The notes beneath the pieces were generated by a model. The model had not been told where the DNA came from and did not search any database. It saw only the letters and a program-made list of their open reading frames with translations. Made by a program: the position numbers and the translations under genes. Shown here piece by piece: positions 47,546 through 61,028 of a stretch of 64,000 bases of DNA. Source of the stretch: a virus; the IMG/VR virus record IMGVR_UViG_3300045988_061744, positions 107,235 to 171,234 of that record. The stretch is one strand, 5' to 3'. Numbering within the stretch: the first letter of the stretch is position 1; each line of letters opens with the position of its first letter.

Positions 47546-48460
47546 ATGGACAAAAGTAAAATTACAAAACAAAATGGGAACATAGCTTTTGAGGAAGAAG
47601 CTCATATTTATTATGATGTTACAAAGCCAGAACAGAAGTTTATATCTGTAACGACTTTAATTCATTCTTTCACCCAACCATTTGATAAGGAGTTCTGGTC
47701 AGCATATAAAGCACTAGAGAAACTCTTACCTAAAGAAGATTGGGCTATAGAAAAAAAGTCTTTGTTGAACACTAAGAAATTTGATAAAGTTCTACTTGAA
47801 CTTCATAACATTACAGAAGACGAGTTTAATAAAGAGCAACAAGCTATCTTAGATGCTTGGGATTTAGAGAATAGAAACTCATGCGAGAGGGGAACTAAAA
47901 TCCATGCAGATTTGGAAAACTCTTTCTATAAAAAGAAACAGAACATAGACCTTAGTAAATATCAAATAGGTGGCAAGTTCGAGTGTATAAAAGACCACAA
48001 TGAATTAGACTTAGAGAATGGTGTATATCCTGAGTATTTAATATCTAGAGTATCGGATGATGGAAAGCTCAGAATAGCAGGACAGATTGACCTATTAGTT
48101 AAAAGGGGAAATAAGATAATTATAGGAGACTGGAAGACCAATAAGAAAATAGAAACTAAGAGTTTCTTCAATTCCAAAACCAAGACTTCTGTTAAGATGA
48201 AATATCCTCTAAATAATTTAGATGATGTTAATTACTGGCACTATACTTTACAATTAAGTACTTATGCTTGGATGATTCAAAAGAAAAATCCAGAGTTTGA
48301 AATAGAGGATTTGGTTTTGGTACATTTCGACCATAATGACAATATGACAGTATATCATTTGCCATATCTAAAAGATGAGGTTATAAAAATGCTAGCCTTC
48401 TATAAGAAGGAATCTATATTGGCAGAAAATAAAAGAAAACGTCAACGTATTGAATATTAA
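47546..48460 (+). CDS. PD-(D/E)XK family nuclease (RecB/Cas4/lambda-exo-like)
   Basis: GQIDLLVKRGNKIIIGDWKTNKK motif (D...E/D-x-K). Confidence 0.5.
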   Translation: MDKSKITKQNGNIAFEEEAHIYYDVTKPEQKFISVTTLIHSFTQPFDKEFWSAYKALEKLLPKEDWAIEKKSLLNTKKFDKVLLELHNITEDEFNKEQQAILDAWDLENRNSCERGTKIHADLENSFYKKKQNIDLSKYQIGGKFECIKDHNELDLENGVYPEYLISRVSDDGKLRIAGQIDLLVKRGNKIIIGDWKTNKKIETKSFFNSKTKTSVKMKYPLNNLDDVNYWHYTLQLSTYAWMIQKKNPEFEIEDLVLVHFDHNDNMTVYHLPYLKDEVIKMLAFYKKESILAENKRKRQRIEY

Positions 48461-48462
48461 TT

Positions 48463-48678
48463 ATGACACTAGAGGAAATAGAAGAAAGATTTGAGATATG
48501 TAGACGCTGCCCAATATGTGACCAAGATAATGGATTATGTAATGGGCATTTGTATCTAAATCCAAAGAACAATGATATAAGTATAAGCCCTAAAGAAGGG
48601 TATATAAAGGGATGTGGATGTTTACTAGAGAAGAAGATTCCAAACGAAAAGAAACATTGTCCAGCAGGGAAATGGTAA
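48463..48678 (+). CDS. Zn-finger small protein
   Basis: CRRCPICD...C...C motifs. Confidence 0.35.
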   Translation: MTLEEIEERFEICRRCPICDQDNGLCNGHLYLNPKNNDISISPKEGYIKGCGCLLEKKIPNEKKHCPAGKW

Positions 48679-49001
48679 TTTATGGAACTCCTATATTATA
48701 TAAACCAGATAAGCATTATATACTTACTGTCCAAAATATAAATAGGGAAACAAAGGAGGAAAAAGATATGATATGGAAGTGGATTAAAGCAATATTTACT
48801 AAACCTTTGACAATATTGAAAAGTATATATTTCAATATATTCGGAATAAATCAAGATTTGGCAACCAAAAGATTAAAAATTTGTGACACTTGTTCCCATA
48901 AATTACAAACATCTGTTGGGGAAGTGTGCGATGAATGTGGTTGTATATTAGAGAATAAAACAAGAATTGAAGATGAACATTGTGATTTATGTAAATGGTA
49001 A
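48612..49001 (+). CDS. Zn-finger protein
   Basis: CDTCSH...CDECGC...CDLCKW. Confidence 0.35.
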   Translation: MWMFTREEDSKRKETLSSREMVIYGTPILYKPDKHYILTVQNINRETKEEKDMIWKWIKAIFTKPLTILKSIYFNIFGINQDLATKRLKICDTCSHKLQTSVGEVCDECGCILENKTRIEDEHCDLCKW

Positions 49002-49009
49002 AATGAATT

Positions 49010-49612
49010 ATGGAAACTTTAAGAACAGAATTAAACAGTAACGAAAAACTAGCACTATCATTAACTGGAATGGAAGGTACGGGAGAACATTTTATTTTAA
49101 ATGGAGAAGCTGCAGACCAAATATTGTTAAGAGAAAAACAAGAGAAGTTTAATACCGCAGTAGATGAGTTAGAGGATAAATTCTCTAAACATAATCAGGC
49201 ACTAGAGGATTACGCTAAGTCATTATCTAACGATATGAATGGAGTTGAAATTATGCCGATGTATGGGTATGCATTAATTAAACCTTTTGAACAAAACCCA
49301 TTCCAAAAAATAAAAACTACTAAAAGTGGTCTTATTACTGATTTAGGTGGATTTACTCCTACTTATAAATCTAACGAGACTGGAGAAATTGAAGAAGAAC
49401 AACAATTTATTAAAGTAGGAACTGTGATAGAAGTAGGACACAAGTGTGAGTTCTTGAAGCCTGGAGATATTGTATTTTATACAATAGCTAGTGAATGTAT
49501 GGTTCCATTCTATAAACTAGGATTTGTAGTAGTTAATGAGAATAGAATCATGGCTGTAGTTAATGAGAAACTAACTGAAAGAAGAGACGAATTGAAGCAT
49601 GGAAACAATTGA
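49010..49612 (+). CDS. GroES/Gp31-like co-chaperonin with N-terminal extension
   Basis: C-terminal half IMPMYGYALIKP...KTTKSGLI...GTVIEVG...LKPGDIVFY...ENRIMAVVNE parallels GroES (IRPLHDRVIVK...ETKSAGGIV...GEVLAVG...VKVGDIVIF...ILAIVE). Confidence 0.45.
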   Translation: METLRTELNSNEKLALSLTGMEGTGEHFILNGEAADQILLREKQEKFNTAVDELEDKFSKHNQALEDYAKSLSNDMNGVEIMPMYGYALIKPFEQNPFQKIKTTKSGLITDLGGFTPTYKSNETGEIEEEQQFIKVGTVIEVGHKCEFLKPGDIVFYTIASECMVPFYKLGFVVVNENRIMAVVNEKLTERRDELKHGNN

Positions 49613-49822
49613 TGAAAAAGTTTATTTTAAGCCTGGGGATTGTGTTACTTTACGGTAGTGTAAAGTAATGCATTCTCCAGTTATGCTTGTTCTAAGAAGA
49701 GAAGCAGCTTTATTTAAAGATAACCAAGGATTACGAGGACTAAGATGTAGATGGTTTACTGATTCTGGATTAATGCAGGAAGCAGTATTTAATACAAAGG
49801 ATTTAATTAAAGTAGAAGAGTA

Positions 49823-50395
49823 ATGGCTAATTAGGAAGAATTACAGAAGGCATTCATGGCATACTTGATACAAGATGCCCAAGCGCAAGGAATACAATTA
49901 CAATCAGAGCAAGATTTATAGGCTTACGCTGAATAGCTTGGAGAAGATGGAATTAAAGCCAAGTATCAGGAATTTATGTAGAAGATGCAAGGCGGAGTTA
50001 TGGCTAGACTTGGAGCTAAACTAGAATACTATAAAAAATTAAAAGGAGTATGCCCAGAAGGAGAGGAACTTGCTTATTTTAAACAGGGAGGAAGAATCTG
50101 CAAAGCTTGCCAAAAAGCATAGAAAGGAACTAAGGTTACTAAGAAAGCTAATGAAGTTGACAAGTTCAAGGCTGGAAGAGCTTAGTATAAAAAGGATATG
50201 AAATCTGCAAAGGATGAAGCATCTAGAGATTCTGTATCCATTAACAAATATAATGACTAGGAGGTCATGGCAAATAAGGGACACAAAGGAAACTTTAAAA
50301 ATGGAAAATGGGTCCCAGATAGAACAAAGTATGCTAAGAAAGATGCTTGTGGTTCTAAAATGAAAGTAAGTAAATGCGGTTCTAAAATGAAATAA
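49823..50395 (+). CDS. hypothetical Zn-ribbon protein, heavily amber-recoded (about 12 TAG)
   Basis: MANQEELQKAFMAYLIQDAQAQGIQLQSEQDLQAYAEQLGEDG...GVCPEGEELAYFKQGGRICKACQKAQKG... Confidence 0.45.
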
Positions 50396-50425
50396 AAAGA
50401 TTAAAGATGTTAATGTTAATGATTG

Positions 50426-50992
50426 ATGAGTATGAATGTATTTAATTATAACACTTTAACTAAATAGTTAGAAATAAATGAACCAGAGCTTCTTCTAGTT
50501 AAAGAGTTTAAGGCTTTGATACAGAGAGATAAATCTGTTGACAAGGAACGAGTAACTAGAGAATTATCTTACATTTATCTAGCTATTGATTGGAAGAGTC
50601 CCTATAGCCAATATTCAGAACATGAAAGACATGATGAAGCTATTAGTGACTCTGGACTATCTGAATCCGAATTTAATGACCCATTATTCAGGGAAGCCTG
50701 TAGAAAATACCGAGCATTGTAGGATTCTAACAAATCAATAAAACTTCTAGAAGCAGCTAAAAGAGCGGCTGACTAGTTTATTGATTATTTTGATACTATA
50801 GTAGATTTAAATGAACGTGATAATAATGGCAAACCCGTCTTTCAAGCTGAAAAGGTAATGAAAGAAATGGCTACTCTTCATAAAGTTCATGAAGAATTAG
50901 TAACACTAGAAGAGCAGGTTAAGAAAGAGCTTACAGAGCAATCTACTGTAAGAGGTGGAGCTACAGACGGCTTTGACCCAGGAGACTTTTAA
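50426..50992 (+). CDS. terminase small subunit-like protein (positional), amber-recoded
   Basis: 188-aa ORF once TAG is read as Gln, immediately upstream of and abutting terminase large subunit. Confidence 0.35.
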
Positions 50993-50994
50993 TT

Positions 50995-53355
50995 ATGCCT
51001 AGAAAGAAAAAAATATTACCTGAAGAAATCTAGAATATAGTAGATTAGGTAAGAGAGAAAGAACAAAAAGAGGATGCCAAAGAAGCTAGAGAACTAGTAT
51101 AGAAGATAAGAGAGGAAAGGGGCAAAAATGCTGATTATTGGGATGTAAAGAGAGGAGATAAGATAGAGGTATTTGACCCTACTTTATCTTATGAAATAAC
51201 TGGATATAGACCAATAGATGAAACACACGGTCTTGACTTCGACCCAGATTGGTTTACTGAGACCAGAGAAGTGTATAGAAAAACTGGGAAGTATTGTCCA
51301 TATCTAAAAGATAGTAAGAGATATAATGAGTTTTGGAAGGAATAGTATAGAAGATGTAAATATGGAATGACTGTTAATGGTTATACAATTACTGGAGATA
51401 ACTATTTCTTCCTAAACTTCTATTAGCTTCCTATCATTGATGATAACAAGGCATCTGGAGAAGGAACAAGTAGTGACTTTCCTATATTTTTCGCATCTCA
51501 TTATATGTTCTTTCATTATCTGTAGATGGCTAGAGTTCTGCATAAGCACGCAGCTCTTATGAAAGCCCGTTCTATTGGATTCTCTGAAATAAATGCATCC
51601 TTATCTGCAAGAATGTATTCAGTAATCAGAAGAAGCAGAGTAATGATTACTTGTTTTAATGATACCTTCCTTAAAGGTACTTTTAGTAAGTTTGATAATG
51701 CTTTAACATTCTTGAATACTTGTACAGGAGGAGGATTCTTCAAACTACGTTTGATTGACCAAGACTTAAGAAAGAAGTCTGGTAAACAGATTAAGGTAAA
51801 CGGACAGTTTGAGGATGTTGGATTTAAATCAGAAGTAGTTGGAATAAACGGAGCTAAGGCATCTAATATTCGTGGAGACCGTGTTGACCTATTAATATAT
51901 GATGAAGCAGGGTCTTGGCCCGGACTAGATACTGCTGTAGTGCAGGGACAAGAGCTTTGTGAAGTTCAGGGTAAACCTCGTGGAACAATGTTATTTGGGG
52001 GTACTGGTGGTGATATGGGTGCTCCATTAGCAGGTCTTAAGAAGATATATTACAATCCAAAAGCTTACAAAGTTCTTCCATTTAGACATAATTATACACA
52101 GGATGGGACTACTATTGAAAGTGGGTTCTTCATTCCATATTTTGTCTAGTCTCTAAATTCAGAATACATGGACCATAGAGGTGTATGTAATACAGTAGAA
52201 TATAAGAAGTATCTATAGGAAGAGCGCGATAATTTATTAGCAGTTCCAGATGATTATCTAAAGAAGTGTGCCGAACGATGTTGGAATGCAGAAGAAGCAT
52301 TTAATCTTGAAGGTGTTAACAAATTCAACAAGATTCTTATTGCGGACCAGTTAGCTAATATAAGACTTAAGAAAATAGGACCAAGACCAGAATCTGGATA
52401 CATAGACTACTTCTATAAAAACAATAAACACACCTAGGATAATATAGATGGTTTTAAATGGATTCCTAATATTAACGGAAAAGTAAAAATACTTGAACAT
52501 CCTGTATGGTCTGATTTGTATAAAGAGTAGATGGATAAACTTAGATAGGAAGCTGAAGAAAGGGGAGAAGAATTTGAATCTCCAGCGTACAAAGAAATGC
52601 ATGATTTATATGTTGCAGGAATAGACGGTATTGATATAGGAGCTAGTCAAACTTCGAAAGAAACAAGAGATCCTTCTGATTTCTGTATAACTATAAAAAG
52701 AAGAGCATTTGGTCTAAACGAACCGTAGTATGTTGCTATGTATAAAGACAGACCTAATGACATTAGAGAAGCCTATAAAATAGCTATGTGTTTAGCTAGA
52801 TACTATAATTGTAGAATAAACATAGAAGCTACCCGTGTAGGTATGATTACCTGGGCTAGAGAAAAGGGTTGTTTAAACTACTTTATGAAAAGACCTAGAG
52901 CTACTCTAACAGACGTTAAGAATGGAACTACTAAATAGTACGGAACACCCGCTACCAAAACTATTATAGAACAACATACTGACTTGACAGCAGCCTTTAT
53001 TGAGGATTTCTGTCATACTATATGGTTTGAAGAAATGTTAGACCAATTTACTGGATATAATGATGAGAATAAAGGTAAATTCGATATTGTAGCCGCTGTG
53101 GGAATGACAGAATTGGCAGACTAGGAATTGTCAGGAAGATAGCCAGTGCTTGTTGAAAAAGAAGTTGAACAATTCCAAGATTATGGTTATTATTACGACG
53201 AGAGAGGAATCAAAAGATTTGGGGTTATACCAACTTCTAAGACTTTTGAAACTAACATACAAAAAAATGAATACGATGACCCATACAGAATTGAAACAAG
53301 TGATCCTAGGTTATATGAGAGACTTGTACAAAATGGAATACGTAGGTGGGCTTGA
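50995..53355 (+). CDS. terL: terminase large subunit, amber-recoded (more than 10 TAG)
   Basis: Continuous 786-aa ORF only with TAG read as Gln. N-terminal ATPase region ...GMTVNGYTITGDNYFFLNFYQLPII...FPIFFASHYMFFHYLQ...; ...VDLLIYDEAGSW... (Walker B-like); nuclease domain YVAGIDGIDIGASQ...DPSDFCITIK...IVAAVGMTELADQ. Ends at TGA. Confidence 0.75.
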
Positions 53356-53611
53356 AATTCAGAACCTAGATCCAGTTGGTTATAAGGTATCGTTTAACTT
53401 TGATAGGTCAGAGATGCCTTTAGTCATTATAGCTGATTTACCTGATGAAGAATTTCTCCCATTTATAAAGGAAGAATTAAGAAGTAGGAAGTTACAAAGA
53501 GTTAAATACTATAATGCAACTAAACTTCCTCCAGAACAGCATAATTTATGTTATGAAAGAAAAAGAACTGATAGACAAGACGAACGAGGCTATTGCGGAG
53601 CTTGTATATGA
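53333..53611 (+). CDS. hypothetical protein overlapping the terminase large subunit 3' end
   Basis: 92-aa ORF in another frame with Cys cluster C...CGAC. Confidence 0.25.
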   Translation: MEYVGGLEIQNLDPVGYKVSFNFDRSEMPLVIIADLPDEEFLPFIKEELRSRKLQRVKYYNATKLPPEQHNLCYERKRTDRQDERGYCGACI

Positions 53612-55724
53612 TAAGTACGAATTATAGAAAGCCTATAATTACTATAACGGAAAAAGAGACCCAGAATAGTTTCGTTACCTGGAAGAAAACTTCGGAATAG
53701 GTAGTCCTACTTCTGTAGAATTTACACCACTACTAAAGAAGCACGTAGATGCTCTAGTAGGGGAATATCTAGGAACCCCTATCCTTCCGAAGATTTCTTG
53801 TAAGGATTCAGATACCATTAGTAATATCACTAGAGAAAAATAGTTAGAAATAACTAAAGGGATAGTTAAATTTCTTAGAGACCATTTAAGTAATTCTATT
53901 CTGAAATTTATCGACGGAAAAGATATTACAGATAAAGCCGTGAAGACTTAGTTAGATAAAATTATTCAAGACATTGATTAGTCTTTTATTTCTCAATATG
54001 AGATAGCTGCATAGAATATTATTCATTATATCATGCAGTCTAGAGAAACCGATTTAATAACTAAACTCCGATAGTTACTTACAGATTTATTAATTACTGG
54101 CTATACATTTTTCAGAGTAAAATCATCATCTTCTGGAACTAACATAGAAATAGAAGTTCTGAATCCTTTAAATACTTTCGTAGATAGGAATCCAGAATCT
54201 CCATATGTTAGAAATTCGTATAGAGTTGTGGTTAGAAAATGGATGAGTAAAAGCTAGATATTAGCTAAATACGGAAAAGAAATCTCTAGAGAAGATTTGA
54301 AAAGACTAAAAGATGAATGGAGAGCTGATGATTCAGCTGCAGTTTATAGAAGAGTTTATGGTGACACTTGTACTATAGTAAACGAAGATTAGAATCATGA
54401 AACTATTCCTGGATATCCAGATAATGAATATAGTGCTCATAGATTTTAGTTAATTCCTGTTTATGATGTAGAGTGGATAGAAACTGATGACGATTTTGTA
54501 ATGTAGAGATACAATACCATTAGAATTGGAGAAGAAATATATATTCTGAGAGGTCTAGACAAGACTGTTATGAGGTCGAAAGATAATCCTAATTTCTGCT
54601 CTTTGTCTGTGAATGGGGTATATTTCTTAAATCGTTCCCAACAACCGTACTCTCTGATATTAAAGTGCGCACATCTATAGGATAGATATGACTTGTTAAA
54701 TTATTATAGGGATAACCTGATAGCTAACAGCGGTACTGCTGGAGTAATCATGGATATGTCATTGCTTCCTACTAACCTAGGCGTAAAATGGCCAGAAAGA
54801 GTGTAGAAATGGTTAGCATACAAGAAGGGTGGTATCATGTGGATTGATTCCACTTAGGAGGGAAGAAATGATGGAGCGCAAGCACCTAACTAGATATACA
54901 ATGGATTTGATGATACCTTAAAAGCTTAGGCTGTATAGGCTATTGAATTAGCAATTCAATCAGTAGAACAAACTACATCATCTATAACTGGAGTATTTAG
55001 AGAAAGATTAAATGGAATAGAAACTCACGATGCTGTAACTAATATTAAGCAAGGTGTTACTAACTCTTACATAGTAACCAAGCATTATTTCTAGTAGATG
55101 GACCTAATCACTTGTGAGATATTATTGGATAGTCTAAACTAGGCTAAAATAACATATAAGAAAGGATTGACTGGTACTATTATACTTGGAGATAAATACT
55201 AGCAGATATTTACAGCGCTTCCAGAGTATTTTACGGTTACTGATTATGACATCCATATAACTTCTAGCTCTGAAGTAATGGAAGATTTACAAACTATTAA
55301 AGCTATTATTCCAGAGTTTGTTAAAAGTCAGCAAATGGATCCTGACATCATATTTGAAGCACTAACTGCTAAGAGTCTTACAGACCTTAAATACAAGGTT
55401 AAGAAAGCAGTATAGATTCGTAAAGAAGAAAACAATTAGCTATAGTAGCTATAGGAAAAATTGGAAGAAACTTCACAATAGGCATAGCAGTTACAGCAAG
55501 AACTATAGAAAGCTTAGTAGAAGATAGAAAGTTTGGATGAGTAGAGATTAGGATTAGAATAGCAGAAAATGTAGTTAGAATATAAGGTTAACTGGCTCAA
55601 AGCTCAATCTGATTCTACATATAAAGATAGACAAATGGATATAGAAGAAAAGAGAACTGAAATAGAGTTGGCTTAGCTTCATGATGGAAATCCATATAAT
55701 GACAAAATAAGACAAATACATTAA
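53514..55724 (+). CDS. portal protein, amber-recoded (more than 25 TAG)
   Basis: With TAG read as Gln a continuous ORF of about 735 aa: ...ELVYDKYELQKAYNYYNGKRDPEQFRYLEENFGIGSPTSVEF... with a Gln-rich C-terminal coiled coil LQQLQEKLEETSQQAQQLQQELQKAQQKIESLDEQ. Start could instead be the ATG at 53553. Confidence 0.6.
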
Positions 55725-55725
55725 T

Positions 55726-56460
55726 ATGGCAACTGGAACAATTGTATATAATAAGGATTAGCAATAGATTTATCCTATTTCAGATGGTTCAGTAATTATT
55801 AGTAATGCTTCTGGTTCTAAATCAAATGTGGAAGAAGATTTAAAGAAACTATTTAAATAGGTGTCAGACCTTTCTGGTTCTAGTGAGGCGGTAAATAATA
55901 TTATTATTAAGATTCATTACTTACCTGCTGATACTGCTGAAGAATCTGAGATAAAATTATCTACTAAATAGTGGACTGATACTTTTGAACTTCCAACTGA
56001 AGAGAATCCATACATCTGGAAAAGAACTAAATTTACTTTCTAGGGAGCTGACGAATCTCAGGGAACTACTATTTATGAGATTGTGGCAAGCGATGTTTCT
56101 ACTATTATCTAGAATATATACACTAGAACTGAGGGAATAACTCCAGTTATTGAGTATAAGCAGAAAACAGATGAGGATGGAAATCCTCTATATGTAGATT
56201 CAGAAGGACATGAAACAACGACTGTTACTCCAACTAAGGCATATGACTATAATTATTATTGGAATGGGAAACCAGCTGGTAAATTAAATAGTCTACCACC
56301 GACTCCTGAAGGTTAGTCATATACATGGACAGACTATCCTCAAGATATTAGTTTATCATTTAGTTCAGTTTTTATGTCTAGACGTATACGACAAGAAGGT
56401 AAGTGGAAACCATTTTCTACTCCTGCTCAATATGGTCAATGGCCTACTACTGAGTCTTAA
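55726..56460 (+). CDS. virion-associated hypothetical protein, amber-recoded
   Basis: MATGTIVYNKDQQQIYPISDGSVIISNASGSKSNVEED... Confidence 0.45.
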
Positions 56461-56470
56461 TTATTATAAT

Positions 56471-57199
56471 ATGGAATTTAGTATTGATATACATACCCAG
56501 ATTAACGGGGAAATAACTATTGAAGACTTTTCAAAGGAATATGGATAGTATATTGATGAAGATTTAGAGGTAGTAACTTCCTATGATTCTTATAAGTATA
56601 GTGAAAGTGCTACCCTAAATACTATCATAAAAGTTAGTATAGGAGATGCTACTTTGATAGACGTACTTCTCAATGACCATACAGAGGATTTAGACTCTTG
56701 TACATTTAAGGTGAAAGAAGATGGATATTATGTAGTAGACCACATAATTCTTCCTAATATGAAATGGTATGAAAATTCATCTGATGAATACAAGGAGTAT
56801 TATGAAACTATCTATATAACTGATGGAGAGAAACTATATAAAGAAGTAGATGGAGAGCTAGAGGAATGTACTGTAAAAGAAATCCTTGAGAGAAATATAG
56901 AAGGAACTACTATCAAAAAATGTAAGGTAGATGTATTCTTTACAGGAAATCTGCAATAGTGTTATATTAACTACTGTAAGAAACTCTTTGACTCTTTATT
57001 AAATAAGTGTCTAACTAGAGAACATGATGCAGATATATTTGCAAGAGATTTTATCTGGATGACACTTAATATTATAGATTATTTAATAGGCTTTAAACAA
57101 TTCATGGAAGCTGAAAGATTGTTAGCAATGTTCCGCACTTGCGGTGGATTCTGTGACAATCACCATGAACATAAACGTATAGGTTGTGGATGCTCTTAA
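56471..57199 (+). CDS. hypothetical protein, amber-recoded
   Basis: Track ORF 56654..56959 extends in both directions when TAG is read as Gln. Confidence 0.4.
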
Positions 57200-57354
57200 A
57201 AGAAAGGCTATTAAAAGGTATGAGGATTTCCTTAAAAGGGTTAGAAAGGGATATAGACCAGATTATTAGGATATTTTGAATCTAATTTGTTTTATTAACC
57301 TACCCGTAAAATTAGATAATCACGAATTTATTAAATAGCAATTATTGAATCATA

Positions 57355-58944
57355 ATGATACAGCCTATTTATACTTCGGTAAGCAATGCTGATATAAAGC
57401 CTTGTGGAAAGAAAGGACATTTAATAAAAAGTGAACCTATACCTCTCCTAAGAAACAACTATCTTGGAGAATATAGAACTGAATTAGAAAGAGCTAAGGT
57501 TAGAAAGAATCTAGGTATCGCTGATGAGTAGAGTCTTCTTTGGGGAAATATAGAAGGAACTATAGAAGCCTAGAAAGATTTAGTATAGTACATAGAATAG
57601 AAATGGACTTATACTAGTGATGTTGCAGAGAATATCAATACTGTAAAAGATGCCTTAGATTATGCTTTATTCTTTATAAGTTAGTACAAAGCTAATACAG
57701 AAGAAATAGAGGAAATAAAAGTTGATATAAGTAATATCAGAACTTCTATTACTGTACTTAAGGAAGAACTTGAAGAAGAAATTGAATCTAACAGAACTGG
57801 CATAAACAATCTTTCTGAGAAAATAACCTAGATTAATGAGGCAATAGAGGATATTAATGAGTCTATCAAAAATATAGATGTTGACAAAAACATCTAGAAT
57901 TGGATAACTAATAGTCTAAGAAACTCCAAAACCATAGAAATAAAGGATGATAATACTCTAGAAGTAATTCTATCTTAGTAGGAGGATAATGCAATACATC
58001 TGATTCAGTAGGAAATTCCTCCAGTAGAGGAGGAAGGAGAACCTTCCACAGTAGTTCTACCTGGAATATATGTAAAAGACCTGGAACCATCTCTAACAGA
58101 GGTAAAGGAAGAAGTTAAGGGAGTATAGGAAGCTTAGAAGAACACTGATTCTAAAGTAGATTCTAATACTGAGAATATCACAAATATATAGACAAGTTTA
58201 GAAACTATAGCTACTTATCAAACTGAACTTCCAGATGATACTACTTCTACTGTTATTCAAGGAACTACAGTTGAAAAATTGAAAGGAAAGCCGTTTAATG
58301 AGATTATAGACACTCTATTATTTCCTACTGTTGTTAGAGATTTGGTTTATCCTTAGTTGTATTATAGCTTCACCTCTTAGATTGTGGAGGTAGGATCCGC
58401 TTTACTTACCCCTACTTTAACATTTATAAAAAATGATGCTGGAGAGGAAACTGGTAGAGAAGAAACTATTACCTATAATGATTCTCCTGTAGAATCTGAA
58501 ACATATGATTCTATCGGTGTTTATGTGCATTCTGGTACCGTAAATTATGCTGCTGGAGAATATCTTATTAACAACAAGGGAGAGGTTACAGACAAGAGGG
58601 TGGAGGCTGGTTCAATATCAACTACAGCATAGGTGACTGCTACCTACCCTTGGTATTCTGGTAATACAGATAGTTTAATCAAATAGAGTCTTGTTCCATT
58701 TGGACAATCTTCTGGAATTATTACATTTTCATTAAGTGGAAAGGCTATTATAAAATTACCTGGAAGTAATACTTAGCTAAATTCATTTACAGTAGATGGA
58801 GGACTAGGATACCTAAATGTTGATTTAAGTGGCTGGGAAACTTCTACTGAATAGATAAATGGATTTCCTTATAAAGTATGGACTAAGAAGGATACTTATT
58901 CTTCAGCATTGCCTCATCAAATTAACTTTACTTTATCACAATAA
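57355..58944 (+). CDS. structural/fibre-like protein with coiled coil, amber-recoded (about 20 TAG)
   Basis: About 529 aa with TAG read as Gln; includes track ORF 58384..58632. Confidence 0.45.
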
Positions 58945-60812
58945 TGGCATTTAAATATACAGGTGATGCTACATTAGGCGTTGCTTTAACCGTAGAAACT
59001 CCTAAACCTCTTGATAATAGAACAGTAGTCGATAATTTAGACGAATTATATTCTATTCCGGAGAAATATGCTTATCAAGGCATGACCGTTTCAAATATAG
59101 ATAACGGAAATATTTATATGCTAGTAGATAAGTCTAAGATTAAATACAAAGAAGGTTGGAAAGCTTCTTATGAATCTATTTAGATAATCACCTGTACAGA
59201 GGCTGAATATAAGGAATGGTCTGAAAATACCACAGAAGATTTTAAACCTATAGACGAAAATAAAACATATCTTCATGCAGAAACATATTATTATATATAT
59301 GAAGACAGCCTAGATGATGATTAGTTTTATTTATCAGCAGAATGGGGTAAAAAGATAGAGGAATAGTTGAAATAGAAAGCTCTAAATACTACTGTCGTAC
59401 AGATTAGAACGGATTTAGACTAGACAATCTCTAACCTTTCCAAGTATGCTACTCTTGAAGAGTTAACTGAGAATTATGCCCCTAAAACTGATCTAGATTT
59501 AGAGGACCCAGAATCCTTGTTATCTAAAGCCTTATCTAACCATTATACTAAGGAAGAAACTGATGACATATTTGTTACCAAAGAAAGTCTTAGAGGAGAA
59601 GGAATGGAAGGAGATGATTTTGTCTTTGTTACAAAGAAATAGTATGACGAAGACCAATAGGCTATTCAAGATGAGCTAGATAAGACTTTAAAGGTAGATG
59701 GAGATGGTTCCCTAGAAAGTATTACTGTAGGATAGATAAAGTCTCCAGTAGTAGAAGGGAAGGATTAGCTAGTAGTAGATGTTAAATCTGATGGATTGTT
59801 TGTTGGAGAAGACCAATTCGCCATGATGTCAGATGTTCCTAATCTGGTTACATTAACTGAAGAGGAATATTTAAAACTGGTAGAAGATGAGGCTATAGAA
59901 CCTGACACATATTACTATGTGTATGATGTAACAAATGATGCTAAAGTCTATATTACTAAGGAGTACTTAGATCAAAATTACCATACTACACATCAGTATT
60001 AGTCCTGGGTTGCTACTAATTATTACTCAAAGACATAGATTGATGAAATTGTTTCTGGTTTATAGAAACTAGGAAGCTACGTTACTACAGAAGATATTAA
60101 AGCATACTACACTAGCTCGTAGGTAGATGAAAAGTTTCTTACAAAAGAAAATGCTCAATCTACATACGCCACTCAATAGTCATTAACCGACCTTTCCGAT
60201 TAGATAGCAGAGGAGTATGTGACAAAAGAAAGTTTAAGAGGAGATTCTCCCGAAACTGGTGATGACGATTTTATATTTGTTACCTAGAAGAAATATTAGG
60301 AAGATTAGGATGCCGCTTCTAAGGAATTTAGCACAGAGCTTCTAAAATCAACCTCTATAGAAACTTCTGATATTACTATTTAGAAAATTGTCGAAAAAGA
60401 AGTACAATAGGGAACAACTGGAGAAAGTTCAGAAGATGAAACAACTGAACAGACTATTGAAAGTTCTGTTAAACTTACTACAGAAGACAATAGATTATTA
60501 GCATCTGGAAAGCAAGTTGCTCTTACAGAAGAGGTTCCTAAATTGGTATGTCTTCCACAAACAGATTATGATGACTTAGTTGAAAATAATAAGACAGAGA
60601 ACGATACGTACTATTGTACTTATGGAGAAAAAGATATATAGGATACAGGATATGTCAGAAGTGAATATCTGACAGAACGCTACTATACAAAAGCTGAGGT
60701 GGAAGAATTAATAAAGGCTGCTGTAGACGAATTGTAGAAGAAAATAGATGCAATATAGCCTGGTTCTGGTAACGTACAGGTAGATGGAGAAAATGAACAA
60801 TTAATATTTTAA
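58944..60812 (+). CDS. tail fibre-like protein with internal tandem module repeat, amber-recoded
   Basis: About 622 aa; the repeated module VTKESLRGEGMEGDDFVFVTKKQYDEDQ / VTKESLRGDSPETGDDDFIFVTQKKYQEDQ. Confidence 0.45.
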
Positions 60813-60817
60813 ATAGT

Positions 60818-61027
60818 ATGGGAACAATTTGGGTTGAAGGGTAGTTTAAGAACTCAGCAAAACCAGTAAAAGTTGTTGGAGGAAATATAGGAGGATCTGG
60901 AATAGACCCAGATACATTAAAGAACTACGCTACCAAGGCTGAACTGTAGAAAGCTGTTGAAGACTTAACTGCCTCCATAGAAGGAATAGATCATAATGTA
61001 GAAGAAGAAACTTTAATAATACAATAA
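60818..61027 (+). CDS. small protein, amber-recoded
   Basis: MGTIWVEGQFKNSAKPVKVVGGNIGGSGIDPDTLKNYATKAELQKAVEDL... Confidence 0.3.
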
Positions 61028-61028
61028 T